The notes under the pieces: model-generated
What the model was told of the DNA's origin: nothing
The model's input: only the letters and a program-made list of their open reading frames with translations
Database searches by the model: none
Source: Guillardia theta CCMP2712
Taxonomy: Eukaryota; Protista; Cryptophyta
NCBI RefSeq assembly: GCF_000315625.1
Contig: NW_005434634.1
Coordinates: 148,531-212,530, forward strand
Direction: 5' to 3'
DNA: 64,000 nucleotides
Part shown: piece after piece, positions 48,039-60,395 of the stretch
Layout: every line of letters begins with the position of its first letter
Numbering within the stretch: position 1 is the first letter of the stretch
Program-made: the position numbers and the translations under genes

Positions 48039-51000
48039 ATGGATGGATTATCCCAGGAACACATGGCAATCCCATAGCAGTAAGCGAACGATGGGCTTTT
48101 TCCACATAGGAAAACAGCCACGAAGGTTTGCCTACGAACTGAGTAAGATCGAGGTGAATCTCGAGCTGAGGCATTCGAAACAATCTTTACCTTGTTATAT
48201 CTAGGCAGTACACTCGTCGTTCGAAGGGAAACTCCTCTGCCTTCGTTGGAGTCGGTATCTTATGCTGATAGACATTGAGACCTGAGCCTAATACCTGCCT
48301 GTCAAGCGGTCGCAAGACAGGAGCAACGAGGAATGTTGTGGCAGACTTTGATGGTGTCGAATTCCGTAGCTCCGAACAGGGATCGATTTGAACGCATGAA
48401 CAGGTCGTGCCAAGTGGCAAGAGGGAGCCCTCAAGCTCTCTGCCACGCTCTACAGGTGATCTTGACTGTCGAGCGTCTGTGCCATGATGAGCAAGTGCAG
48501 CTCGGAGATCGGCCGATCGTTCGATGCCAAGGACATCAAGTTGACGTGGGTTGAGGCTGAGAGGGGGAAGGGATCGATGAACGGTTGCGACAGGGTTGAA
48601 GAAGTCGTGAAAGCTGGTGCCTATAAGATATTAGGGAGTATCAAGGTATCATCCTGTTTCTCTTCCTGTCTGCGATCGTTTGCTGAATTCAAACCTGCTC
48701 CCTCCTGAAGTTCGACTTGGCATTGGAGAGTGGGAAGAGTCTAGAGTCAAAGACTTCAGTTCACGACCTTGTCTTCGAAGGTGGAACAGCATACGGAGGT
48801 AGAGAAATTGGAAAAGTGAGTCGAGTGAGGATGACACGACACCGCACAGGACGTTTGAGGTTTACCCTGCGATCGTGTTTGGAAAGTGAAGACACTTCGC
48901 AAGAGTTTCCTGCGACATCAGATCAGGTTGGAGGCAGACTTTGGCAACCTTGCTTTGTCCTGATGGACTGCAGAATGAATCGACAGTGGATCGAGGAAAG
49001 GAGGCGAAGAAGGTTGAAGATCTGAAGAGCTTGGAAACGTCGCAGAGCAATCATGCGAGCGGACGGGGGCGAGATAGGAAAAAGGATCCAGAAGATGGAA
49101 AGAATGGGGTCAAAGGAGGAGGAGGAGGAGGAGGAGGAGGAGGAGGAGGAGGAGGAGGAGGAGGAGGAGGAGGAGGAGGAGGAGGAGGAGGAGGAGGAGG
49201 AGGAGGAGGAGGAGGAGGAGAGGAGGAGGAGGAGGAGGAGGAGGAGGAGGAGGAGAGAGAGACGGAAGGGAGGNNNNNNNNNNNNNNNNNNNNNNNNNNN
49301 NNNNNNNNNNNNNNNNNNNNNNNNNNNNNNNNNNNNNNNNNNNNNNNNNNNNNNNNNNNNNNNNNNNNNNNNNAGAGAGGAGGAGGAGGGGAGAGTGAAG
49401 CAAAGGGGGAAAGGGGAGGAGGAAGGGAAAGTTCGGAGACTGCGCAGCAGAATGGGAGGAAGGGAACGCCGCGCAAAGAGGAAGGGAATGTTATACAACC
49501 GACGGACGTGAGCGGCAAAGACCTTGCAGTTGCTCGCAAGGTTGCAAAGAAGGAGAGCTCGGGGCCGAAGAAGAATCTGACGAAGGAGGAAGAGAAGAGG
49601 TGAGGAGGAGTTCATGCGGCTTGTTGTGGAGATGACAGGACGAACGCAGCAAGGACGAGGAAAAGAACTCCTCTCAGTCAGATTTCAAGGATGAGGAAAA
49701 GAAGCTGTCTCCGGTCAAGGGAGTGGAGGCCAAGAAAGCAAAGCTTGCTCCTCCTGCGACGAAAACTTCGGGACAGCCAAGGAAAGAGTCAGTTTGTGTC
49801 ATCCCTGCAAGCTCCTGCTCCTCACAATCGATTGAACAGGAAACGGGAGAGCTCCATGGACTCGTCCAATTCCGACGAGACGAGGACGAGGAAGCTAGTT
49901 CATCGCATCTCAGATCGGGTCGAGAGCGGGACGAGGTGATTTGTTGGATCTGCGCCCGTGAATATGATCTGTGATGTTCCACTTGTAGCAGTAGGGAGAG
50001 AGAGAGGGAGGAGGAGGACGTTGATTGGAAGGGGGTCAAGAGCAAGGAGAACGTGAAGCATCGGATGGAGAAGGTTGCCGCTGTTGAGCTTCTCAAGGGT
50101 CGTCTTTTAGATTGACGCTAAGGCATCATGCTGATTCTGGCTTTTTGCAGCTATCGCCGTCATCAAACAACATGAACAGGTTCTGGCAGATCTCTCCTTG
50201 AAAGTGGAGTTCACTGAGATTGAGGTACAAGCTCTCCTCATCTTTTCATGAAGTCTCCTCTCCTCTCCTTTCTTCTTTTCTTTGCACATCCTTGTCTGTT
50301 TAAATCTTCATCTCATGTGACATGAGCTTTGACAGTCCGATCTATTCACTCTACTTGAAAGCTGCATCTACTGCATCTCTCCCTACAAAACCTGCATTGC
50401 TGGGCCGTCGGAAAATGGTGGCAGCAATGTCCGCACTGAGCCGTCAGTGGTCAACCAGTATGACGTCTGCTACTCCGCCTGGATCATCACCCGCTCGATG
50501 CTGCACTGGAACCTCTACAACGTGCCTGAACAAGAATCTGCGGCACTTCCTGCCGCCTCCTCGTCCTTTGTCTCCTTGTTCTTCGACAAGATGAGCCGCG
50601 CATGGCAGTCCATGGCTGCCAGTTGCGACCCTCAGAGCATGTGCTGCTTCGCCATCCTCTCGAACATTTCCTCCTTGTTGATCGCACGTAGTTTCCTGTT
50701 ACGATCTTCCTCGTCCTGACTCCTTGCAGTGAGGAGCAAAACTCTCCCTGGCAAAGGGAAGGAGGCAGGAAGAAGCAAGCGGGAGATTTCAGCTGCGGAC
50801 CAGCTCAGGACGGAGGTGGAGTCGTTCATCAAGAGCCTCTCCAAGACCCTCGAGTCTCTGTATGCTCGTGCCATCGAAGCAGAGTGAGAGGGAGCCAGTC
50901 TCCGTAGTTCTCCTCATCCTCCGCAGGTTCAAGGACATGAAGCTTGCTGCTCTCAACCTGGTGCAACTCTGTGTCGGTGGAGAGGCTGCCTCAGGTGCCA

Positions 51001-51757
51001 ACCCCCTCCTGCTCGTCTCCAGCTGACAAGCAGTCGCAGGTGTGGCCCTGGTGGAGTCTTACTTTCGTAGGCTCGCGGAGAGGTTCGAGGACGCTGGTCT
51101 CCTACCTTGGTTCCGCCGGGGTATAGCCAAGGCTGTCATGGTGAGCGAGGTGGGAAGCGGCTGGGTGCAACTTTTGATTCTTTTTTCCAAGGCTTATCTT
51201 GATGGGGAGCTGCTAGACGTCCTGCTGACTGAGTCTTCCTACTGCACCTTCGATGGAGCTCTCGCGCTCAAGAGCGGAGTGACGAGGGTGGAGCGGGTCG
51301 TGCTCAAAGCTGCCAACAAGTTCGGGTGGGACGAGCAGCTGTCCAACTCGACGCTGGCAGTTGGCAGCAGGAGTAGCATGCAGGTTGATGTGGGCCCCGA
51401 GACGCTGAGCCTGCCTCTGACGCGGCAAGCCACCGACGTCCTCATGATGGAGAAGTACATGCTGGTGAGGGAGCGGATCACGACTCGGAGGTCAAGACCG
51501 CCTGACCTGCTGCTGGCAGGTGGGACCCGAGGCCACAGACTGGAGGCAGCAAATCTGTCCTAACCTCTCCACAAGGCGCATCTTCACGCTCGTTGCTTCT
51601 TTCTCCCCCGATCCTTCGGCTCCGAACCCTGTGCCTAAAGAAGTACTGTCTTCGCTCAAAGCGGAGGCTTCTTCAGAGTCTAGTGGCCCCCTCCACGGTG
51701 AGCTGCTTCCTCTAGCAGCCCAGCGCTCTGCTGACTCTTGCTGCAGGAAAGGATGAC
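48039..51757 (+). CDS. Hypothetical multi-exon protein spanning the assembly gap (possibly two genes)
   Basis: Coding-like exons with charged low-complexity middle and helical C-terminal part; no recognised domain. Confidence 0.4.
49113..49390. repeat. (GAG)n microsatellite flanking a 100-N assembly gap (49274-49373)
   Basis: Long GGA run followed by N run. Confidence 0.95.
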
Positions 51758-52285
51758 CTCTCTCATCGAGCGAGCCTTGAGTATGCTCCTTTCCCCAGAG
51801 TGAACGAGCGAGAGCTGGTGCTCCACCGCCTCGCGCTTCCTCTCCCTGCTGTTTGTATTCCCGAAGGGATGCGAAGCAAGAGATCCTTCTCTTTCCTGAA
51901 GTCCGACGAAGGTGTATCATGATGTATATATGTGTAGCAATAAAGACAACACATAGCAACCCTACTATCTATTTGCCCGTTGCTCCCATCCTGCAAATAT
52001 TTTGCGATCAACGAAACATCATGAAAGTAGTGATTTAGGATACTGCAGCACGCTGAAGGTTTCTTGATATCCTGAAAAGCATCTCGCGGCATCAGTAACG
52101 ATGTTTCATCACATACAGCTCATGAGTCCGGGCATCAAGGAAGAAGTACATGTCCATGGACTGACATCCTTGTGTGAAACATCAAGATACATGCTCATGG
52201 GTCTTCACTTAAATGCCATATTGTGCGATGCAACAAGCATGGAAACAATGCTTTATTATCCTTAAGTTCTGCATTCAGTACAAAT

Positions 52286-52358
52286 GCCTCCATAGCACAG
52301 TTGGCAGTGCGTTCGCTTCGTAAGCGAAAGGTCCTGAGTTCGAGCCTCAGTGGGGGCA
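52286..52358 (+). tRNA. tRNA-Thr(CGT)
   Basis: Acceptor GCCTCCA/TGGGGGC, D-arm GCAC..GTGC, anticodon arm TTCGC-TT-CGT-AA-GCGAA, T-arm CTGAG-TTCGAGC-CTCAG; 73 nt, no intron. Confidence 0.96.
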
Positions 52359-52548
52359 TCTCTTTTGCGGCTGATGACTTCAAGTTTTGCAAGCTTCCGG
52401 GCCCGCGCCGCTGCCGAGGAACCTACCGAGGCACTGTGGCCCTGCCGAGGAAACTACCGAGGAATCATCAGACCATCACCTCGCTCATCCTGCAACCCGT
52501 CGCCTCCTCCACCTCCATCCCCTACTTTTTCTTTTTCTGTAGATCACC

Positions 52549-53848
52549 ATGGATCCCAACAAGTTGAATTCTCTGGTGCAGAAGCTTGTTGCAAACGGAA
52601 TGCGTCCTTTGCAGAAACAGATATCAGAGCTGCAGAAGGTGGTATCCTCCTTGAGCCTTCGACAAGCCCTTGAAGGCCAAACCTCTTCTATCCCATCTGG
52701 GGAGGAGCGAGGAGATCCTAAAGGAAACCTCATTAATCTCTGTGCCACGCTGTCTCCGAGGCTTAAGCCCATATTCCATACGACTCAGGCCGGGCCTCTG
52801 CATAAGCCTCAGTTTTCCTGCACCGTGATCATAGGACAACATACCTTTTATGGGCCTCAGCAGCCTAAGAAGAAATTGGCAGAGAGTGAAGCAAGCAAGA
52901 TGGCGAAAGAGATACTGTTGAAAGCTGACAGAACCATCTTGGAAATCGCGGATTCTCAAGCTGAGACTTGTCCTGTCACCAGTAGTCGACCTAGAAAATA
53001 ACCGTGAGAGACAAAACTTCATCAATCGATGTTCGAAGCTGCAGGTGCTGGTAGACGCAGACAACAGTGCTAATGTCCTTCCGCACTTTAGCAACTGGCT
53101 CGAGAGCAAGCCTACTGAGCTGGGTGGCAGAATCTCCATCGACGTGTTCTGCAATAGTTTCTCTGGGCTCAAACCTTCGGCGGAAGGTATCACTTATCAT
53201 TTCTCTTCTGGAATGCGAGAAGCTGCTGATCACGAGATCTCGTTTTTCGCCGGGAAGTACATGAATCAGTGGAAGCACTCCAAGGTGGTAGTGCTTGTAA
53301 TCTCCAAGGACTTAGCTATCAAGAACACGGTCATGATGTTGAAAAGAGAACAGATACACTCTCTCTTGAAGTCACCATGTCAGATTTCATCTCAGTATGG
53401 AGTTGAGTCCATTTTCCAAAGTTTGTGTGATACATTGGCATCACAGGCACAGCAGAAGTACAAGAATGATTACTACGACCATGATGATGATTACTACAAC
53501 GACGATGACGACGACGATGATGATGTTTACCACGACGATGATGATGTTTACCACGACGATGATGATGTTTACCACGACGATGATGATGTTTACCACGACG
53601 ATGATGATGTTTACCACGACGATGATGATGTTTACCACGACGACTACGACGACAGTCGTCGTGGCTGCGACGATGATGATTACGACGACGACGACGACGA
53701 CGACGACGATTGGGACGAGGACTACGACGACAGTCGTCGTGGCTGCGACGATGATGATTACGACGACGACGACGACGACGACGACGATTGGGACGAGGAC
53801 TACGACGACAGTCGTCGCGACGATGATGGTGAACCTAAAGATCAATGA
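52549..53848 (+). CDS. dsRBD + NYN/PIN-like ribonuclease domain protein with Asp-rich tail (two frames joined by an intron or frameshift at about 52922-53044)
   Basis: DPKGNLINLC..GPLHKPQFSCTVIIG..FYG..KKKLAESEASKMA (dsRBD); VLVDADN, REAADHEISF, LVISKD (NYN/PIN acidic motifs). Confidence 0.7.
53470..53826 (+). repeat. Coding minisatellites: 21-bp unit (DDDDVYH) x6 and a duplicated 78-bp unit
   Basis: GACGATGATGATGTTTACCAC tandem units; repeated GACTACGACGACAGTCGTCG..GATTGGGACGAG block. Confidence 0.9.
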
Positions 53849-54135
53849 TAATGACGATGATGATCCCCAGTGACTTTTAAGGAAAATCGTCGTTGTAGAT
53901 TGAAAGATGTGAATCTAGTCTTGTCAAGTTTGTGAGCATTGAAAACTTCGCCGATACTACAGATAGTCATGTCGCTAGCCCGGCCAGTGGCCCCGGCACT
54001 TTTTGTGATCGAACAAATCTTGAACAGAGTGTAAGCCAACATTCTGACATTGTTAGCTAAGTAGGGCCCACATTCAGTACTATTGGTGCCGTGGGAAGCC
54101 ACTCAAACGTGACCACTTTCATTCCCATTGTCGCA

Positions 54136-55944
54136 ATGCAGGATCCCGGGAGTTGCACATTCAAGGGGATAGACCAGAATGTGAGGAATGATCAGCCATC
54201 AATATCATTTGAAACAATGCTGGACGAGCTTAGAATGGAGTTCAATGTTCCGGCAGGGTCCTCAGTTGAACAACTTATCCAACATGGACACTTTGTACTC
54301 GACATGCCATACACACCTTCTACTATCCTCACCGGGGTGCGGGTGTTGTATGCAAGACTGCATAGGTGTGAACCTTCATCCACTGCCAGTGTCTGCACTA
54401 AGGTAAGAATCCTTTTTGCCTTTCACAGACAGAATCCCACTGCTCACCACTAACCCATTCTTCAGAGGAAGCGATTGTGCGAAGAAGGTCCAGACATCTC
54501 CCCTCCGCGGCCGGATGTCACAGCACTGCGTACAGGGATGAAGCCTGATGACACACTTGATCTCAAATACAAAGTCTGGAGAACTCGACCCGAATGTACC
54601 GCTTACATTGAACATATCAACATGCGAGACGGCCACAAAGAAGTTCGACGACCGCAAGTTCCGACGTTGCACGGGACCCGTGGATACGTGTTGAAGTGTA
54701 CTTGCTTCACATGCCCGTGAGACAACGTGGAACATTCTTTCTTCCCTCTCATTCACCTTTCCCGCCAGGTATAACATTGTCATCGCGAGGAAATGTAGCA
54801 ACAAACAAGTTGGAGGGGAATATTTCACTGTGAAATTCTCTGCCTCAACTTTTTATCACCATGATTGTACGTCCCAACGGAAAGTATCTGTTCCGTACCT
54901 GATAGGTCTGCCCTGTTTCCGCATTATGGTAGCTTTCTGTGCTGGTAACAATGGGGAGCGTCGTATGACAGCAGTTCAGCTTCGTCACCTCCTCAAAATG
55001 CAACACGGTGTCGCAGCCAGTGAAGTCACAGTCCGCCGGGCTCGCCTACAGCTCGAGGCCGAGACGCAGAAAGAGTATGTTCGATCCTTCGCCATTCTTA
55101 ACCAATGGCTGGCTAAGTACTCTCGCATGAATCATGGCAGTCGTGCAGTCACCCTCCCACCTCATCAAGGTGACCATCATTGCATGTGTGGATTGCGCTT
55201 CCTTGGACAGGTAACTGTATGTCGGTGCAGTACCTATTTCATGACACCATGAAACCACCTCGCCTGTAGGACTTCTGTCATGTCACTCACAGGTCTGATT
55301 CGCATGTGCGATGTGGCTGATGGTACTGTGATACCTGTAGCTGCAGGTAAACATTCTTTGTCAACACGACACTTTTCATGCAGATCAGCTCCCTCACGCA
55401 CATGATGTAGGTGTATTCGCGCAGTGGAAACAGGACCATGAAGCAGTCGGAGCGGAGACTGCAGACAACACGGCTTGGCTCTGGAATCAGCTGAAATGCA
55501 CATCACTCGGGCCATGGCTATCTCGATCAAGTGGATCTCTAACAATCATGACCGACCGTTCCAGTGCCATGCTCAAAGGGGTACAGCAGGCTATGCCCCA
55601 CGCCGACATGGTGGTGTGCTGTTCTCATCTCATTGCCAACATCAATCATTACTGCTCAAGTCTGCTATATCACACAATTGTGCCCAATCACTCTGATGTG
55701 AGTAAGTAGGCAAGAAAGGACCCGGCGCTTCTCAATCCCAAGGGCTCTGATGCGGTAGGTGATACCCTCTGAAACCGTTGCTGCCCATCTGAAATGCTGA
55801 ACATTACATAGATAGCTCGGACGCGACATGACTTTGACAAAGCCATGTTGGATTTGCAGAATGCTAACCCCCTCGATCATGAGTATCTCACCACCATTGG
55901 ATTGTCGGATGTTCAATGGGTAAGTGCGGACTAATAAAATAATC
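54136..55944 (+). pseudogene. Decayed Mutator-like (MULE/MuDR) DDE transposase
   Basis: TVRRARLQL..RSFAILNQWLAKYSRMNHGSRA; IACVDCASL (first D); ETADNTAWLWNQLK; TIMTDRSSAMLKGVQQAMPHADMVVCCSHLIANI (second D + CxxH); frameshifted and truncated before the catalytic E. Confidence 0.75.
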
Positions 55945-56884
55945 GCATGGGAGAAGGGAGAGCTCGAGCTCATGAAGCTTCTCCTGTAGACCGTGAGGAG
56001 ACAAGAATGGCATCCCCTTGAAGTCTCTCCCCCTATCTGCGTCTGTCTACAAGCTTGTGAGGGGCTCAAAGATGCTGGCTGCTGTTGTTCGAGGAGATCT
56101 CAAGTCAGTTCAAGATGCCCTGAAGGACGGGTCGGACATCAACAGGTTTGGAATGTCTGATGTCAGGAACGAAAGCTCACAAGGATTGATCGCAGCTGCG
56201 ACTGCCAGTGGGGAACATCTCCTTTGATGGCTGCTTGTGCTCCAACACAGAGACTCGAGGTGTTCCCTTGCTCTTGCATGACATTATTGTCAATCGTGAA
56301 CCTTGTGTTTAGGTGCTTGCTTTCCTGCTTGAAGACAAGAAGTTGGACAAAGAACTGGTGAATGCGAGAGGGATGACAGGTCTCATCTCTACTCGACAAA
56401 TAACATCATCTTGATGCTTTTCCAGCCCTGCATCAGGCGGCATGGTACGGGCAGAACGAGGCAATTGAGATGCTGCTGAGAGCTGGGGTGTCTCTTGACA
56501 GCACAACACCTGAGGGTCACAGTGCCATGGACATTGCCAAGCTGATGGGGCATGAATCCACTTCGAGGCTCTTGGAGGTCGCAAAGCAAGAAGCAGTGAA
56601 AGCACTGGCGGAAACCCCGGAGCAGCTGAGACAGAGGCTGAAGCAACAGCACAGCACGAATGTTCAGAGACGAATAGTACAACTGCAGAAGAGCTTGGCT
56701 TCCATGACAAGACGCTCACCAGCGGATTTCATTCGAGTACGGAATCTCCGCATTCACTTGTGATGGAAGTCTTTGCCATCCCTTGCCTTGGTACCCTGGG
56801 GGCCTTGAGGACCGGTTTGGCCCCTTGCTCCCTCTTCACCTGTGCGGACGAGTCAGGGGAACACTTGCTCGTCCTTCTCTGTAC
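55945..56884 (+). pseudogene. Inverted partial duplicate of the ankyrin gene and collagen-like gene 3' end (source 42686-43913, with 42846-43133 deleted)
   Basis: Reverse-complement identity including introns, with only scattered substitutions; lacks the ankyrin start codon. Confidence 0.92.
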
Positions 56885-57877
56885 GTGCTGCAAAGCATAT
56901 CGTCCACCTTGTGACCCCCCCCCCCTCCAATAGATATTACAAAGTACTACTATTGCTTCAACCTTTCATTGAAACCTATCTACAAATCAAACCAATGACT
57001 TGTCTTTATCTTTACAACATCTTTCGGAATGAAGTTTACGTACGGACTTGAGATAAAAACGGGAAGAAACATTCAATTCGTTGATTGGATGTGAGCAGGG
57101 TGGGAACCAAACATATCTGATCTGGAAGATCGCGAGTGTTTCATGCCCGATCCTGAGTAATTGCAATACACACCCTTGAATCTAATTTGAACCCGTCAAT
57201 AGTCGTTGAGGTCGCTCGTTTGCTCTTTCAAGGAGTCACTTGACGCGGTTTGATCAGATGCACTTTCCATTGGCTGTGTCAACTTTGTTTCTTCCAGACT
57301 GAACCTCAGTCTCGTTCTTTCCTTGGCTCGTCCGCCATCTTGCAGCTTTCTGACTGCCACAGCAATTTCTTCGAAGAAGTAAATATCTGCAACGCGTGCA
57401 TGCGCAGCTGAAATTCCTGTTCCACTCATTGCTGCACAGTTCTGCACGCTCCTGCCCCTCACTGGGCCTCTCTGCCTTGATCGTTGGCTGCAGAGTCCAG
57501 GGCCGAGCCCCGGGGTGCTGATGGGCGGCCGATCTGATCAGATCACATGCTGTTTCATCACTGTGACTACGGCCTACCAGCAGCCGTCGTCTACCCCAGC
57601 ACGGTCACTCTCTTCGAGTACACAGTGACACTATAAGAAGGTCGGTCAAGATATCTCACTTGGAAGACTTGCTTTCAACTTTCTCACTTGTCTTTTGAAA
57701 TACTACAAGCAGAACAGACGGAGACTGTCACGGTACGACACGACACGAGACCTTTCCCGCAGAATTCAAAACTTGCACAGAAGTCAGTTTACAAAGGTTC
57801 TCTTTCATATACATGCTTCACAAAATAATCAAAATTCAGTTTCACAAGCTGCCTTATGCTCTTGCCAGCCCTCATGG

Positions 57878-58086
57878 TACAGATTGACGCTTCCTCCTTG
57901 TTTTGTCCTTACCACCAGCCTCGTTGTCCCCTCCCGCTTCTTCGACCGATGTGACCACAACGTAGCCTTGCGACCTCGCCTGCTCGAAGGACGAGAACAG
58001 CTCAGACCTCATACGGCTCATGCATCGCCAGCAGCTGCATGCGCCAACGTGGGAGTGGGGGTTCTCGAGCACCTTGCACCGAAAGC
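57878..58086. repeat. ~210-bp direct duplicate of 59121-59330
   Basis: Near-identical sequence, encoding FRCKVLENPHSHVGACSCWRC.. on the minus strand in both copies. Confidence 0.92.
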
Positions 58087-58707
58087 TAAAACTCGTTCCG
58101 ACGTGTGTTGGCAAAGTCCAACGGTTCGCCTGATCTGCACTGGCTGCCTTTCTGAAACGAAAACGAACACTTGTGTTAGCTTCAGCCTCTTCGTCGTGTT
58201 CGGCAGTCTCTGCCTCTACGGTCGATCGAAGCTCTTGAAGTCCTTGCTGCCGCCTACCCACCCATTTCGTGATTATGAGCTTGATCAGGTTCCAACCCAG
58301 CAGCACGACAGACCGCATGAGGGAGCAGAAGATGCCGACGAGGCAGCAATTCGCTCCCTTGAAGACGCCCTGATCCTTGTGCGACTGCATCATCAGCCTC
58401 AGCTTAGCGTATCGTCTACACCTGCTCCTTGTAGCGCTTGATTCTTTCTGCGTGAATTTCAAAAAAATCCGGAAACTGCGCTGCGCCTCTATAACTATTG
58501 TACACGTCATACAATATTATATCCTGTCGGCTGTAGCCGGATTAATTATGTACATTTAAACCAAGATTGTTCCCATAGTGTAGGAGGGTGTTGCTGCCTC
58601 CGAGCTCCCTTCTATCTTTCTCTGAGGCGGATCGATCTCCTGTTACCTACGAACTGGACTGACCACGGGTTTACGGTTTTTTTAATTAAGATATCGCTGT
58701 AGCCTTC

Positions 58708-59600
58708 CTAGGACCAGGTCTTAGTTCGACTAAGTGACTCCTCGTCGTGTAAACCCACCGACGAACATCGGAAGATTTTTGCAGTTTCTGTACACCTCTG
58801 ATCATGCTCGAACAAGGGCATTACATTTTTGTTAAAATAGACCTTTGCACAATCTGCACCAAACTCGTAGCCAATGGTTTGTTGTGAAGTGCAAGCGCAT
58901 AACATGCCCAGAGCAAACTAACAATCATCGATCTCTGAAAGGAAGGATGGATACATGCAAAAGTGTTTATTGTTGGGGTTTCATTCTTTTACACCGCTTT
59001 CTCCTGCAACTCCTACAGCAAGCTCGTTTTGATTGTCAACTTGAGAATCGACTGTTGTCCGCAGCTGCTTTAGGATGTATTTCGTTTCGGGCATTGATCA
59101 CTGTAAAGACTTGAGTTGTCTACAGATCGACGCTTCCTACTTGTTTTGTCCTTACCACCAGCCTCGTTGTCCCCTCCCGCTTCTTCGACCGATGTGACCA
59201 CAACGTAGCCTTGCGACCTCGCCTGCTCGAAGGACGAGAACAGCTCAGACCTCATACGGCTCATGCATCGCCAGCAGCTGCATGCGCCAACGTGGGAGTG
59301 GGGGTTCTCGAGCACCTTGCACCGAAAGCTGAGTGCTGTTCCCAGATCTTCCTTCGACCCCTGGCATCTGCGAGCTGACCAGCCACCTCCCTCACCTTCA
59401 CTGACTGCTCGTCTCTTTGAGAGGGAAAGGACAGGCTCCACTTGCTCATTCGAAGGATTGACGATGCGCGGAGAAGCGAAGAAACTAGTTATTAATTTCC
59501 TTGTCGCATACAAAATCTTTAAGACGAAGCCCAAGAAGCCAAACATGAAGTTTCGTACGTGCTGCAAAGCATGTCGTCCACCTTGTGATATACCTTGCAT
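58708..59600 (-). CDS. Small hypothetical protein; donor of fragments duplicated at 56881-56914 and 57878-58086
   Basis: 176-aa ORF 59070-59600 with probable further exons. Confidence 0.4.
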
Positions 59601-59805
59601 ACTTGTCCCACCAATAATCCTCCGCCCCCCCCCCCCTTCCCTTCCTTGCCTTCACCCGTGCGATGGGGTTGATTGATCTGTTTCAGATAGACCCAACTCT
59701 GATATCAACCTCCATAGCAGCATATTCCCCTCCCTCTCTCTTCTCTTCCCTCCTCTTCCCTCTCAAACTTCTTCCCTCCTCAATGTTCTTCGCAGAGGAA
59801 CATTT

Positions 59806-60354
59806 GTGCACGATTGGTACCAACTCTTTCCCCCACCCCCACCCCCACCCCCACCCCCACCCCCACCGCAACGCATTCGATCTCTCCCTTGCGCTATGTC
59901 AGCGCCGGCTGGTGTTGCGGCGGAGGGATCCTCCTCCTCGACTCCCGACCCTCCACGATATGCCGATCATGGGCCATCTCCTCCGGATCCTAACATACAG
60001 TTCTTTCCTCCTCCTTTACATGCGCCTCACCCTCCCCATCCCCACCATCCCCACCCACCACCTCCTCCACCTCCTCCTCTCCCGCAACTCAATCTCAGGG
60101 ACCGATTGCTCCAGCATTTATCCTCGCTTGGCACATCTCCGTATTCAGGTCTCATTCTTTTAGCATGTTTCATGACAATCATCATGATTTTGATCGTCAT
60201 GATGATGATCTTGATCTTGATGGCATGTTTCCTCATAGGGATTACCATCACTTTCCTCATCCCAGCTATTCAAACCCTGTTGGAGATGCAAGACAAATAT
60301 GCCACGTGTACAAGTCAACTCATGGCTAAGAAGTTCAGCTCGATGTCGGATTGA
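59806..60354 (+). CDS. Possible small Pro-rich protein
   Basis: 182-aa ORF with poly-Pro tracts; largely low complexity. Confidence 0.3.
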   Translation: MHDWYQLFPPPPPPPPPPPPPQRIRSLPCAMSAPAGVAAEGSSSSTPDPPRYADHGPSPPDPNIQFFPPPLHAPHPPHPHHPHPPPPPPPPLPQLNLRDRLLQHLSSLGTSPYSGLILLACFMTIIMILIVMMMILILMACFLIGITITFLIPAIQTLLEMQDKYATCTSQLMAKKFSSMSD

Positions 60355-60395
60355 AACATCGGGGCAATCATTATTTACTAGTTTCGAAGATCATG

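Noticed and set aside
48923-49615. Poly-G/E/P/S/L ORFs
   Set aside because: Products of a (GAG)n tract and an N gap; frame cannot be determined
52195-52392. 65-aa ORF MPPLRLELRTFRLRSER..
   Set aside because: Antisense translation of the tRNA-Thr gene
53397-53873. Thr/Met-rich and Val/Ile-rich ORFs
   Set aside because: Alternative frames of the Asp-rich repeat tail
53970-58700. Terminal inverted repeats delimiting a Pack-MULE
   Set aside because: No convincing TIR or TSD pair found by eye, so element boundaries are not called
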